Source: Octopus vulgaris (taxonomy: Eukaryota). From it: a stretch of DNA of 64,000 bases. Shown in pieces: positions 27,996 to 42,040 of the stretch. A model generated the notes under the pieces. That model was not told where the DNA came from and searched no databases. It saw only the letters and a list, made by a program, of their open reading frames with translations. The stretch is taken from positions 58,466,001-58,530,000 of the forward strand of contig OX597831.1 of the NCBI GenBank assembly GCA_951406725.2, given 5' to 3'. The stretch's first letter is position 1. Each line of letters begins with the position of its first letter. The translations under genes and the position numbers were made by a program.

Positions 27996-28531
27996 TGTTG
28001 AGCACATCGAAGAAGTTTACTTGGACATGAGGAGGAAACCCCTATATAACTTGGAAACGTTTCGGAAAGACAAATCTAACACAAAATCTTTTGGGGAAGA
28101 ATTTCAAAGAATCCCTGATCACCGAGAATACAAGATTACACTTTTTCCTCTAAGACCACGATGAGTGATCACTATAATTTTCATTTTCCTTATTACCATG
28201 GCTGCACATTATTGATTCCATGAATGCACACGAATTGGAATCGACCTCGAAACACGTTTAATTTGTTGAGTACATCGAAGAAGTTTACTTGGACATAAGG
28301 AGGAAACCCCTATATAACTTGGAAACGTTTCGGAAAGACAAATCAAACACAAAAACTTTTGGGGAAGAATTTCAAAGAATCCCTGATCACCGAGAATACA
28401 AGATCACACTTTTTCCTTTAAGACCACGATGAGTGATCATTATAACTTTCATTTTCCTTATTACCATGGCCGCACATTATTGATTCCATGAATGCACACG
28501 AATTGGAATCGACCTTGAGACACGTTTTATT
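27996..28531. repeat. 268-bp tandem duplication (2 copies)
   Basis: tgttgag(c/t)acatcgaagaagtttacttggac... starts at 27996 and 28264; high identity throughout. Confidence 0.95.
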
Positions 28532-29171
28532 TGCCAATGATTTTAAGGTGCGAAAGAGTAGTGAATTTGATTCAAGTGAATTAAAGTAAGCTAGCCTACA
28601 GCCTCGCATGAGTTGACTTTTACTCAAAGTTTACTCGTGTAGTATAGCAACTAGGCGAGAGTGCTTTACTTTTGTGGAAGAGTAACTATGGATACGTGTA
28701 GTACCTGGATTACCCCTAGGGGCCAGTCATCTTATGGGATAGTTCTCTTGTTATTTACACTATCTATTGCTCTTGTTTCCTATCTTTAAATCGATGTAAA
28801 TCTACTTACTAGCCAACATACTTAATTTTATTCTCGCATACCAACGTTACACGTTTCCATTCCTCTCGTAAATGTATGTCATACAGATGCCGACTGTTCA
28901 ATATGAACATAAATTATATCGATTTCACCAGTCTCGCAGGACCTGCAAGTGTCAAGGTGCAAGCCCCTCGCTTCTTAAGTTCAAATTCACACAACACATT
29001 GTATGGTAGAGAAAAAAATACACACGCACATATACATACGCTGATTAATTAATCACTCCTAATGTTTATTTTGTAAAAAAATGCTATAATTTGTTTTCCA
29101 AGACGAGTCAGAAGGAAGTGATGAGAAACTGCATAAAAAATTAAACGCTTGAGAAATAAAACATTTTTGTT

Positions 29172-29181
29172 GTTATTGCTA

Positions 29182-29245
<64 letters not shown>

Positions 29246-29268
29246 CATTATTACTATAATTGGTAGTG

Positions 29269-29337
<69 letters not shown>

Positions 29338-29338
29338 A
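29172..29338. repeat. Compound (ATT)n/(AGC)n/(AGT)n microsatellite
   Basis: Direct reading. Confidence 0.95.
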
Positions 29339-30973
29339 GTACGAACTGAAATTAGTAATTATATATTCGGTTGAAACAGTGCAAATCAAAGTGCTCTTGA
29401 TTAGATATATGTTGCTAGAATTAGAAAATGTGCATCTGCAACATTTGAATATGTATGTATGTACGTACGTATGCATGTATATATGTGTGTATGTACGTAC
29501 GTTTGTATGTATGTATATATGTCTGTATGTACACAGAAAACACATGCATACACACATACACACATATACACACATACATGATTATATCTTTATATACGTG
29601 TGAGATAAGTAAGCGCACATCTACATTAAGCACATATCTTTTTTCGACTAATGGAGCTATTTATTCTGTGAGTATTACGTACAGCTAATTGGAAATTAGT
29701 TACTGCTATGAACAATGCTGATAGGAAAAAAGGAAACTCAACAAGAAAAAAAAAACACAGAAAAACAGATTATATCTATATTTATGTTTCCGCAAAACAT
29801 TCTATACTTTCCTAGAACTCGTTTCTTCCGCTGACGCTGACGGAAAACAGCATTCGCGATGCATCTCAGAATAGCAGTCGGCCACGAAGAAATATACAGC
29901 ATCCGACACATGTAAAGAGAGGGAGGCTGCGCGTTTAAATGCAATTCAAAACACTATTTTATCGAGGTAATGACAATACCTCAAGAGTTTTCCACATGGA
30001 AATTCAGAAAATTGAAAATACATTGGATAGTTTTGTCTAAAAACTAGAGAAAAATGCACCTATAAGTCTCATCCTAATTTGTCCAATAAAGGTATTTACT
30101 TAATGAGAATATTCTACATTTTCCGTTCAGAACCTCTATGAAATAAATGTTTGCAAAAGGTATCTGAAATATTCACACATAACATATCTGTAAGAAAATA
30201 TAAATGTCACTAATATAAAAAAAAGATAGTTACTCCTGATGCCATTCTATGAATAAAAGTTAACATGATGGCTAGGCTATATTAGGATAAATGCGGCATT
30301 AAATCTGCCCGGAGTTACCTCTCTTCGGCATTTCCCATCGAGGAAGGTAAAAAGACTGTTGTCAAGAGGTGATGGGAGGAAAATCACACATAGAGAGATA
30401 CACACACACACGTGTGTGTGTGTGTGTGTGTATATATATCAATTAAGAAAGTGGAGAGGATAAAAATCGACAGACATCAGCCGGTAAACATTCCAGTATG
30501 TCTATTAATTCCAATGTATTCGATGAATGCATACACATGTATGAGTGGTACAAATTATCAAATAGAAAAGTTGGTAATTGCAGAAACAATGGTGTGGAAG
30601 CATATAATCACATAGGAACAAGTGATTAATTGCGTAAATGAGTAAATGAGTAAAAGAGTAAATAAACAGATTGTCAGTAAACCCGAATGGATGTCTAGGT
30701 GCTAGTTCCTTACGGCCGTTTCTGCCAGGAGGCAACGAAAACTTCCAGGTTGTCTTCATTTCTTCAGTGTTATATAGGAAAGGCAGGTAATGCTTGGATA
30801 ATGAATGTGCCTGTAGGCTTCTTCAGAGGGTCTAAGTGGTTCGGAGGACAAACGCATATATGTTACATTTTACATGTTTCTATTTTTGAAAACCAGTGGC
30901 TGTATTTCACTGAATTTAGATGAATAATCCTTCGAACAGACGGTCAGTAGCGACATCTATTGGGTTCGGCTAC

Positions 30974-31016
30974 TCTGCATTGATAAAGGGCAAATACCCT
31001 GAAACATGTCTGCAGA
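30974..31016 (+). ncRNA. Complete minimal type I hammerhead ribozyme motif with U3-A8 core variant
   Basis: UCUGCA-UUGAUAA-AGGG caaaua CCCU-GAAA-CAUGUC-UGCAGA: 6-bp stem I, 4-bp stem II, palindromic ACAUGU stem III, GUC site after 31010. Confidence 0.75.
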
Positions 31017-31507
31017 TGCCTGGCAGCAAGGGGAAGCGACTGACCTCCCCTTTTCAAAGTGTATAATGGACACAGGTTCGTGAGTCATTTAGATAGCTAG
31101 AGGCGATGGCCTCTTGGAGCTAATCAACGGAACTTTCGTCCTATATTTATGGACTGCAATATTAGCTTGGCGATAACTACCAATATCCAGTACCGCTGAC
31201 CTTAATCTTCTTTAGAGAAACTTAGAAACAATAATATTTCTATGTATGTATGTAGTATGTATGTATGTATGTATGTATGTATGTATGTATGTATGTATGT
31301 ATGTATGTATATATATATATATATATATACTTGTGTGTTTGTGTGTGTATGTGAGTATGCGCATACATTAAATTTCATTCTCCAAAACACTACTGCAATG
31401 TTCTGCAGAGGTATATGCATCAATATAGCCTCAATCTCTTAGTTACAGCTATTTATCCGCTGCAGCCACACGTACGCAGATACTCTCATATATATACATA
31501 CACTCAT

Positions 31508-31538
<31 letters not shown>

Positions 31539-31618
31539 CATACATACATACATACACACATATATATATACATACACACACATATATATATATACGTACA
31601 TATATATATATATATACA

Positions 31619-31677
<59 letters not shown>

Positions 31678-32139
31678 ATGTATGTGTATGTGTGTGTGTG
31701 TGTGTGTGTGTGTAACATTTCCTCTGTTATCGTCTTCCTCACTCACTCACTCTCAGTCATTGTTCCTCTGTTTCACGCCATTGAAATACATCGCCGAGTA
31801 GAAATAGACAGCAGACACAACAGAACAGACATATATATATGCGTACACCATACCATAAAGCTATTTTGGTAACGTCTAATGACGGAAGAATTTTCAACTA
31901 ATGATTAGAAAATCAAAGTTAATGAAGTGAGGAGACAAATCTATAACCTGTACACACACATATATATAATAATACATACTTGTTGAAAAACCAGAAACAT
32001 ACGTATTATATGGCATTGATGCATACGTATATACACATAATGTACAAATATACTGAAAGCAGATCTATCTATCTATCTATCTATGTATCTATTTATCTAT
32101 CTGTATGAATACACTCACGCACAACACACACATACACAC

Positions 32140-32223
<84 letters not shown>

Positions 32224-32312
32224 GCACATACGTTCATTCATACAGACATACCTATATGTGCCGAAGACTGACAGTTTCAGCTAAAAGGAATCGTACACAA
32301 TATACTCAAATT

Positions 32313-32356
<44 letters not shown>

Positions 32357-32549
32357 TGTGTGTGTGTGCGTGTGCTTATGTGTTTGTGTGTGTGTGTGTG
32401 TATACATACAAAGACAAGCAGATATACATAAACATACATATATCTAGTTATTAACTGTGTCTTCTTAGAACAAAGGAGCGAACCATCTTACCAAGAATCA
32501 ACAGTATTCTTTCTCTATTAAATGTTGAGTGAGTTAGAACATATAATAA

Positions 32550-32630
<81 letters not shown>

Positions 32631-32684
32631 TATTTGATTCTCTTGTGTGAATGATAATGTCTTTTATAATCTTGATATTGTATA

Positions 32685-33076
32685 GGCGCAGACGTGGCTA
32701 TGTGGTAAGGGGCTTGCTTCCTATCCACATGGTTTCAGGTTCTGATCCAGTCCAGGTGTTCTTGGGCAAGTGTATTCTGCTATAGCCTCGGACGGACCAA
32801 AGCCTTGCGTGTAGGCGAAAAAGCTCATTGTATATGTATACGCCTAGCTGTGTGTAGGTGTGTCTTTGTGTTTGTCTCATCACCGCTGTTCGATAACTGA
32901 TCTTGGTGTGCTAACATCCCCGTAACGTAGCCGTTTGGCAACAGAGATCGATAGAATACTAGGCTTAAAAAAAGTCCTTGAGTAGTAGATTTCTTCGCCT
33001 AAAATCTTTCAAGGCGTTGTGTCAGCATGGATGCAGTCAGTTTACTGTAACAAGTAAAAGAATAAAAGAATAAAAG
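32685..33076 (+). mobile_element. SINE family A, older diverged copy
   Basis: ggcgcagacgtggctatgtggtaag head ... caagtaaaagaataaaagaataaaag tail. Confidence 0.85.
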
Positions 33077-33585
33077 TGTTCGTAGAAGTCACTATTTCTG
33101 TTCTAGCTGAATCACTTCAGATATGAAATTATTCAGGCTCTATTAATTACATAATCTTTTACAAGATGGAAAAAGATATAATTTTAGGAAAAATAGAAAT
33201 TTAGAGAGAGATGTTTGCTGGAAGCATTTGACAATGGAGAAATAATTTTGTTTCATGTTATAGTTCATGAAATATTCAGAGACAAAGGCTGATTAAATTT
33301 TAAATTTACCTACGTATGTGCCTATGTAGAAATTAGTTTCAATATACGTTCTTTGCAGTTGATATAACAGTAACTTCAGTCGGATACATCACTAAAATAC
33401 ATGGTTTTCACAACTGGAACGTCTTTGTTCATAGCTTGAAATTACTAAATATCAAACCCACCATTACCACTCCATCCCCAGGAACAATAGCTATGTAGCT
33501 CATAGCAACATGAATAGATAATGGTAAAGATATACAAGATACCAGATTCATTTTCCATAACCACAACGTTTTTATGAACAAGATA

Positions 33586-33782
33586 CAGGGTGAGACAGAG
33601 AGAATGGACGTTTTTGAAATGACTATTTCTCAACGCCAGTTGGAGGAGAGTATGTCCGACAGGTACGATTTTGACAAATACTAATTGAATACGAACACAT
33701 TGATATCAATAAAATTTGTTTGCAACTAAAATTAATGATTTTGTGAATTTTTCAAAAACGTCCATCCTCCTGTCCCACCCTA
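33586..33782. mobile_element. Tc1/mariner-type MITE
   Basis: ~34-bp imperfect TIRs cagggtgagacagagagaatggacgtttttgaaa / tttcaaaaacgtccatcctcctgtcccaccct, flanked by TA. Confidence 0.85.
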
Positions 33783-34759
33783 TACTTAAAGCCAGCTGTA
33801 TCATGAACGAATATTATGTTCAGCGAATACCATATACAATCCAGCGGGCGAGTTTCTATGCTGCTGACCGACTTGCTAGATACAGCTGCAAAATGTTTTC
33901 AGTGATCTTAACAAATAAAGGTTAATAAAGTTCTAGAAACACTATACCAGTTATATTTAAGATAAATAGAGAGGATATTAATGCAAGAACGCGTTTGATA
34001 ATAGGTCTACCGAGTAAGGTAGAGCAAAACAAAGACAGTTTGAATGAATAAGGAAATAAGCAGATACGTTCCGAAATTAAGTGGAAATATACGTTTATAA
34101 AAGGACATTTGACAGCTGCTTGGTTTCAGAAAAACTCATATTTTCTCAACATTTTAAACAGTTTACTTGCTACGCAAAGAGAAATATTTTCTGAAGAGGA
34201 GTATGGATAATTTTTATATGATTTCTAGTATGTAAAAAAAAAGAAGAAAGAAATGAGAACTTCTGTGTTAGATAGGTATCAGTGCACGAGACTATATACA
34301 TTAATGAGATATTTTTTTCTCTATTTCTATTTTAAATTGCCTTTTATAATGCCCCATATATTTCACATTGGAAATATCAGCTGTTATTATCATATCTAAC
34401 GGAACGATTCTCAACCGCACAAAATTTTTAATTTGTGAGTGTAACGAATTAAGCAGGTATCATGGCAATGATATTGAGAGTTAAAGCCAACATCGTTTTC
34501 ATGCCTTTTGCATCAAGATCAAATATACCAGAAGAGTCTTTTTTTGGATGAGAGAATTCAATTTATGGAAACTTAGTATGAAGGAAAAGCGTTACAAAGT
34601 AAATGTATGCATTTCAAAAGAAATATATACACTTCACATTCATGGAAAATTCACCTGAAGGGATTTTTCACGGGGAAGGAAATAATCTAACCTTGGAGCT
34701 ACTGTTCTATAATTTTGACATGAGGAAAGCTAGCATAACGGATTGGCTGGGGTCAAGTA

Positions 34760-34979
34760 CGAAAAGGTGCTGAAATGTTCTTGGCTTTAGGCAAAAAAAA
34801 ATATATACTGGAGATCAGTTAATTATGATTTTATTCAGCATATTTTCCTCTCAGGTTCACACGCTTATTGCAGCGGTCCTTCAGCTTTTCTAAGCCCTGT
34901 AAAAAAACTCGGAAGTTTGAGCCTATAATCAGGCCTTTCGTGATACCCTTAAAAGTAGGAAGTTTTCAGCACCCACTCG
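34760..34979. mobile_element. Mariner-type MITE
   Basis: TA|cgaaaaggtgctgaaatgttcttggcttt ... aaaagtaggaagttttcagcacccactcg|TA imperfect TIRs. Confidence 0.75.
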
Positions 34980-35800
34980 TACGTAACAATTCTTACGTTA
35001 TCGACTATTCGTTGTGGAAAGAAAGGAGGATCTCGTAGAAGAATTTGAAAAGTCTTTAAGCAGCTTGTATCATTCAGCTCAAATTTGACGAAGGCTATTA
35101 CTTTGATAACTATCTAACACATAGCACTAATACGCCCTCAATTCTTTGCATGAACATATTTACTCGTGGTTCAATAACGAGGAACTTTACGATTAAACCC
35201 TATCACTATTTTTGTCAAGAGAGGATGTAATCAAATACGTATTACTCTTACTTGGACTTTCGTTCTTTGTTTACGATCGTTTATAATTCCCTTAACGAAG
35301 TAGAAAAGCTCATTAACAGATTATAAAACCGCTTTCTCATAGCATTCGACAGGGGGATTATTATTATCGGTTGAACAAGTTTAGTGGATTAATCGTATTT
35401 ATTTTATCCATTCTAGCAAATTATTCTTGCCCGAGATTTGACATTGGAATGAAAAATGAGTAACTAATTACAGCAATGTATTTAGCCCAGTAATTGGCCA
35501 TTTCTGCAAATACGACATCCTAAAGTAAATTAAACATTAATACTCCTAAACTAAGTACCAATTATTGTCAATTTCTCATCCAATATTTGACTAGCTATTG
35601 TGTTGAGGTATGTAAGGAAAATTTGAGACTGGTAGAGATCTTTCGTGATGTAAATAGAGCATGTGACCAAAACCGGATTTTAACCTACAACATAAGAAGG
35701 CATGGCTAAATATCTGAAAGAAATTAATCCGGCACTTAACCGTTTTACTCACCCCGTTATAATACAGGTTATGTACAGTAGTAATATATTTCTATTCTGC

Positions 35801-35946
35801 AAGGCGTGGCAGAAGTATTTGCACGCCGGCAAAAATGCTTTGCGGCATTTCATCCGTCTTTACTTTCTGAGTTCAAATTCCACAGAGATTGATTTTTGCC
35901 TTTCCTCCTTTGAAATTGATGTCCATGTGTCAAAATTTGAAACCAA
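35801..35946 (+). mobile_element. SINE family B, internally deleted
   Basis: Head plus start of core joined to the caaaatttgaaacc tail. Confidence 0.7.
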
Positions 35947-36680
35947 GAAATGTCTTGCTTGTGCATAATGCTCTATAATTCTTCAATTACTAATATATTA
36001 CTTTTTATCCTCAAACACAGCTTTTATTATTACTGGTTAATTGGTAAATTTTTTGCATTTATAATTTAAATTTGAATAATCTTCACACAGACCTAAGTAT
36101 TAATTTTTTAATGCAAAATTTGCAAATGAATTAGGAAACCACAGTGAATCAAGAGGTGACGTTGAAATCTATTAATAGATTCGATCTACTCTGAAATGAG
36201 AAAAATGATGAATCAGAACAATGAAGGACGAAATCATCCCATCCCATAACCATTGAAAATATATGCAAGAAAAGCACAAACATCACACTATCTCCCGTTT
36301 CATACTTTTCACACAATCCCAAATGTTACATAAGTAAGAAGTAGTGTAATCCTAGAAACATTTATCATATCTAAGGCAAACACATATAACCGATTTGTAT
36401 CTTGATTCATTGCTTCTATGTCCAATTTGCCATATAGCCGAAACTAATGATCTAGCTAATAATCGAAAAGTACTTGTAAAATTTAATAAATTAAAATAAA
36501 ATTATAAAAAGAAATGTTTACCAGTTTGTTTTAACAAGTTTCTATAGCATTATTCAGGCGACCTATGTCAATGCGATATATATTAAGCAAGGAATTGCAA
36601 GAAGAACAAAAATAGTAATCTTTTTCCTAAGAAACCATTTTGCCCGGCGAGTTAAAGATTCTGCTAACTCGCCGCTCTAA

Positions 36681-36715
<35 letters not shown>

Positions 36716-36780
36716 ATATAAAAAAATAATAATAATAATAATAATAATTACGACGACGACAACAAGAGCCACAATAATTA

Positions 36781-36984
36781 TGGTTTCAAATTTTGGCTCA
36801 AGGCTAGCAAGTTTGGGCCAGAGGTTCAGTTAATTACATCGACCCTAGTGATCAGCTGATTTTTATTTGATCGACCTCGAAAGGATGAAAGACTCAGCGG
36901 AATTTGAACTGAGAACGTAAGGATGAATGAAATGCCACTAAGAATTTTGTTCGGCGGGCTAACGCTTCTGCCAGTTCACTGCCT
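36781..36984 (-). mobile_element. SINE family B (plus head fragment at 36636-36678)
   Basis: Reverse complement of head/core/tail: tggtttcaaattttgg...cgaaaggatgaaag...gaatttgaactgagaacg...ctgccagttcactgcc. Confidence 0.8.
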
Positions 36985-37011
36985 CAACAACAACAACAAT
37001 AACAACAAAAA

Positions 37012-37750
37012 TGGGCACTATACTGCAGTGCAAAAGATTTGGCCACGAATTGGAGGGTCAACATTAGGAATTAGCAAGTATCTTCACTGTGCCGAATCTG
37101 TAATACAGTTGAAGAAACCATTGCTTATATCGTGAACAAATGCGCTACGCTTCCTCAAAACCACCATAAGTTTTTTCGATATGATGTGGTAGCGAAAGTG
37201 CTACGTTGAAAATATAATAGTGGCGACTAAAGAAAGGGTATTACCACAAAACACAGAATATGGTGGAGTTGGAGATGTGCAAAATCCTGTGGGATTTCCC
37301 AGTCCAAACAGACCAGTTGTTTGTGCACAACAAGCAGGTCCTAGTGATGGTGGACAAGGTGTATCACATATACTCTATAACTGTTGGTGCGTTCCCCTTG
37401 GATCCACGAATAGTCAAAAAGGGAGGTGGAAAGATAAACATAAGCAATCCTCTTAAATGGAAGTTAGCTTGACTATGGAAAATGAAGATGATAATGGTGT
37501 CAATTATTGTTGGGTCCTTGGGGACAGTATCAGAAATCGTAAGAGGAATATAAAGAAAATAGGTATAAAGTGTTCAGTAGAGCTGTTACAAAAACTTTGC
37601 CACCTTTGTACGTCCAGAATCATCAGGAAAGTATTAGATAATTGAAAAAAACAGGTAGCGTGGTGCGATAGGCTGCAGGTAGCAAGGCTGCAACTCATGC
37701 AAGATTCCATGAGCACCACCAAAAGCTATGTTAAAAAATAAATAATAATA
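37012..37750 (+). mobile_element. R4-type LINE 3' remnant (RLE domain)
   Basis: CRICNTVEETIAYIVNKC, KILWDFPVQTD, ELLQKLCHLCTSRIIRKVL*, followed by aataataata. Confidence 0.8.
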
Positions 37751-39004
37751 TTTTCTAGTATAAGCATAAAGCGTAAAAATTTGGTTGAGGGGGTAGTCGA
37801 TTATATCGACATCAGTATTCTGCTGATGTTGATGTTACCGAAAGTCATGCCACTAAGCATTTTATTCGACACACTAACGATTCTGCCATCTCGCTGATTT
37901 TATAAGATATGAAAAGTGTATTGTGATTGAAATACATTCACACAGAAAGCTACAGAGGAACACAATTTTCCTCAAATGCTAAAGATTATAAAAGTTAGTA
38001 TTGTAAAATACATTCAAATATTGATCATGTCTGTAGTGAAATGTTGCCTTCAAGATTTGGTTCATTATCGTTTTATTTCGTAGTGCATCAAATATTTATT
38101 TTGATTATGTGACAGAATTAGCTGATGCGTCTCTCAAGTGTAACATTCTGATGGCTACTAACTCAAGCAAGGTGAATCGCCATTAATGTTTTAACCTTTC
38201 AACAATTTCAGTTTACCTAGTTGCATTCTCTGCTCAATGGTCAAGATTTGCTGCGCTAAGTTGAATTTCTTTCCTTGAATAGCCGTCCGAGGTAGAATAA
38301 TTTCATATCTGAGAGTGTAAAGGAACATCTATGCAGTCACTGGACATGCTAGAAATATCAGCAAAATGCTATCATATCAGATTTTATGTCTTAAAAAGAC
38401 AGGACATATTAGATAATCTGGTTCTGTTCTGTAAGATTGTAATGTTTGGAATATGTTTGATCACCAGAATATTTTTGTGATCATTGGAATATGTCTGTGA
38501 GTCTATCAGAAATAACCTCATAGCAACAGAAACATGACATAAATACGGCTTCTGCTTATCGCTATGAGACTCAAAAGGAAATACCTTCAACTTCACTCAC
38601 TACAACCATTGTCCAACATGCATGGTGTTCTCACTGTGCCTATATTACCACAGTTACGATGGACATTTTGTTAGGTACAAGCTAGTTGCATACAACCACT
38701 ACGACCCAACACACAAGCACACACACACACGAACACAGACACGCGCACACCAGGGCACACACAAATGCACACACATACGCACACACAAACGCACACAAAC
38801 ACATATAATTTCTTGAGTTTATTGGAGGCTGCTTCTTCATCCATCTTCGTTTCAGCTCCAATAAAATATCTCAGTTTAGAAACGGTAGATGTTTTAAAAT
38901 TCAAACTCTTTTCACAGCGCATGTCACAAGTGGTTTGTATATGTGTTGATCTTTTACTCATATTTTGCTATCTCCTAATAGAATAATGAACGTAGTGATT
39001 TTGA

Positions 39005-39060
<56 letters not shown>

Positions 39061-39078
39061 ATACAGATATATATATAT

Positions 39079-39170
<92 letters not shown>

Positions 39171-39495
39171 GTATACATACATACATACTTACATACATAC
39201 ATATATTCATACATATATATGTGTGTATGTGTGTGCGTGTAAAAGGGAAGTATGCGAATGTTTGTAAGTGTGATTATTATGTACCTTATTTTGTACTTTA
39301 TTTATATATAAAATACTATAATTAGCTGTCATTATTTGTCAGCTAGTTAATAAAGACTCATAGCGAATCTACGAATTTTCTTATTCTATATTGGATTAAG
39401 TGGCTAATTGATATATTTCTATCTACGCTGCTTCATGTTCTGTATTTAATATATATATACATATATATATTAAATATATATCAAATACAAAATGT

Positions 39496-39697
39496 GACCG
39501 CGAGTGTACTGTTGGCGATTTTTTTCCTTCGTCTTCCCTTTTTCGGATCTTTCCTTTTCCTATGTTTCTGACGAAAGGGCTCCGCTCGAAACGTTAAACC
39601 CTCCTTCTTTCCTTCTTTCCTGAGCGTTCCAATAATACCATACTTGTTCCACGTCCTCACGTTGTTGTGTTTTCTCTTTGTGTTTTCATGTTTGGAT

Positions 39698-39701
<4 letters not shown>
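39496..39701 (+). mobile_element. ~205-bp non-coding hammerhead-bearing element abutting (TA)n, copy 1
   Basis: Homologous to 43861-44064; contains GUUU-CUGACGA-AA-GGGC ucc GCUC-GAAA-CGUU-AAAC at 39564-39599; 3' end runs into (TA)n. Confidence 0.8.
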
Positions 39702-39765
<64 letters not shown>

Positions 39766-40426
39766 GACTCCTTGTTATAAAGACATGGTCAAACGAGAAG
39801 AAAATAAATAAAGTGCTTGCATGGATGATGTAGCAGTTTGAGATGTGAACTTTATACCTTACTATAAAACATATATATTACATTGTCTAGAGTATGTTTC
39901 CTAGCTTGCAGATATTTAGTTCTATATTTATGAGAAGGTTAATATCATATGCGTTTTTCAGAACATTTCTAATGCTTATTTGTGGTTAGGTGTAACACGT
40001 ATGTGTATTGGCTTTCTTTTGAGTTTTTTTTTGTTGTTGTTAGTTATCCTTTCAAGAATGAGATTGCATTTATATCACTAGCAGAAAAATCGCCCTCCGG
40101 TGGGGTTTTCGGTGGGGTCAAACTTGGAGTGTGTGTGTTTTTATATCAGAGAGACAGTGTGTGTGAGTGTGTGTATAAGTGTGTTTGTGAGTGAGTGAGA
40201 AAGAGAAAGATAGAGGGGAGAGTGAACATTGAAAACAATGAATGAAATAAACATGAAATAAAAAAAATCGTATAAATAAAAGCTCGTTAAAAACTATCGG
40301 CATTCTTTGGGCCTCTGAACTGCCAAATTTCCGTCAAAAATTTTCTATTTATTTACTTTTGTTTAAAAGTGAAAGAGAGGAGAAAGTGAAAGAGGCATGC
40401 TCGTCTATATGAAATGTACGTGTGTC

Positions 40427-40496
<70 letters not shown>

Positions 40497-40910
40497 TGTG
40501 AGAGTGAGAGCGAGTGAGTGCCATTTAGATATCACTGTCTCTCTCTGTGTCTTATACACACAAACACACGTGCACAAATACATACGAAAAATATGTATGC
40601 ATATGTATTTATGTATGTACGTATACATGAAAACACACCCCTTCAATCTCTCTCTCTCTCTTCCACATACACAAACACACATACATAAATAAATATATAC
40701 AAACGTATATACAAAAACACACATGTGCGTATGCGACCGACTACAAGTACATAGAGGTGAACACGGCGTGCAAAAAGTAAATAAATAAAAAATTTTTTAC
40801 GAAAATTAATGAAGTGTGCGGGTTCAAGTGAAAGACTGCCAAACTATCTTGTAACGAATATTTAAATTTGTGAACTTGAAATATTCAATAATAAAAGGAA
40901 GTTCAGAAAA

Positions 40911-41453
40911 TAAATTTTCTTGAAAATTTCAATTTATAAAAAATCTCACTTGCTTAGTAAATGATTCTTTCAGTAAGTTATCGTAATTATAATATATCTG
41001 TAATTTAAAGAAACGCCAAGGTAGCCCTACCACGTTTAACGTGCTAGAAATAGCAGTGATCACATATTTATTATTTTAAGGATTATAACGTTCCAAACAG
41101 CCATACGTGGGGCTACCCGTTTGCAGAAAGGAGCGACGAGAACATCCCTTCCAGACGGTCACCTCTTCCGATCAGCGACAACCCTACATAGTAGTCTAGA
41201 CCCCCTTGGGGTGCGACGGTCACCTAGAGCGTGACTGTTGAATATGGAGGGTGGGGTAAATTTTCCTGAAAATTTCGATTTATAAAAAATCTCACTTGCT
41301 TAGTAAATGATTCTTTCAGTAAGTTATCGTAATTGTAATATATCTGTAATTTAAAGAAACGTCAAGGTAGCCCTACCACGTTTAGCGTGCTAGAAATAGC
41401 AGTGATCACATATTTATTATTGTAAGGCTTATAGCGTTCCAAACAGCCATACG
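40911..41453. repeat. 197-bp direct repeats (40911-41107, 41257-41453) flanking a 149-bp GC-rich insert
   Basis: 8 mismatches counted between the repeats; insert 41108-41256. Confidence 0.93.
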
Positions 41454-42040
41454 AACAAAAACACTTCTTAATCTTTGTGTTTTAAATTATACCAGCATAC
41501 TATATCATGGAAACCTCAAAGTTACAGCTCTTTTGTCTAATAGCGTTCATTCACTGAATAAAGAATTCTTTTTTTTACATTATGTATATAGAATAAACTG
41601 TGGATTTTGCAAATAGCGAATTAAAAGTTGAAAGGAAAACATTGAAATTAATATATATTAAATTATCATGAATGAACATAGAGGCTAGAGCTAATGTGTT
41701 TTATTAAATCTACTCCGCAGAGAATGCAACGAATATTTAAGCTAGTGAAAAACTTCTAGTTCAAACATTCAATAAAGTTCAGAAATCGAAATTACAGGAA
41801 ATTTCTTGGAACATGAATTAAAAAAAAAAAAGATTATAATGTATAAAAATGCCCAGGCGGTCAAACGTTTAATAATTGCTTTCTTTTAATCTTTTACTAA
41901 CTGTTACATACCTAATTGATAAGCAGTTTTCTCCACTATAACATAGATGTGTCATACTATATATACATTTTTTTTTATATGCGATATCAGTGGGAGTATT
42001 TCTGTGGTTGTATTGTCTTACAGCTTGAATTACTAATGTA

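Noticed and set aside
40080-40400. Enhancer-like unique sequence (also 29800-29960 and 50870-51060)
   Set aside because: Short transcription-factor motifs occur by chance; needs conservation or chromatin data.
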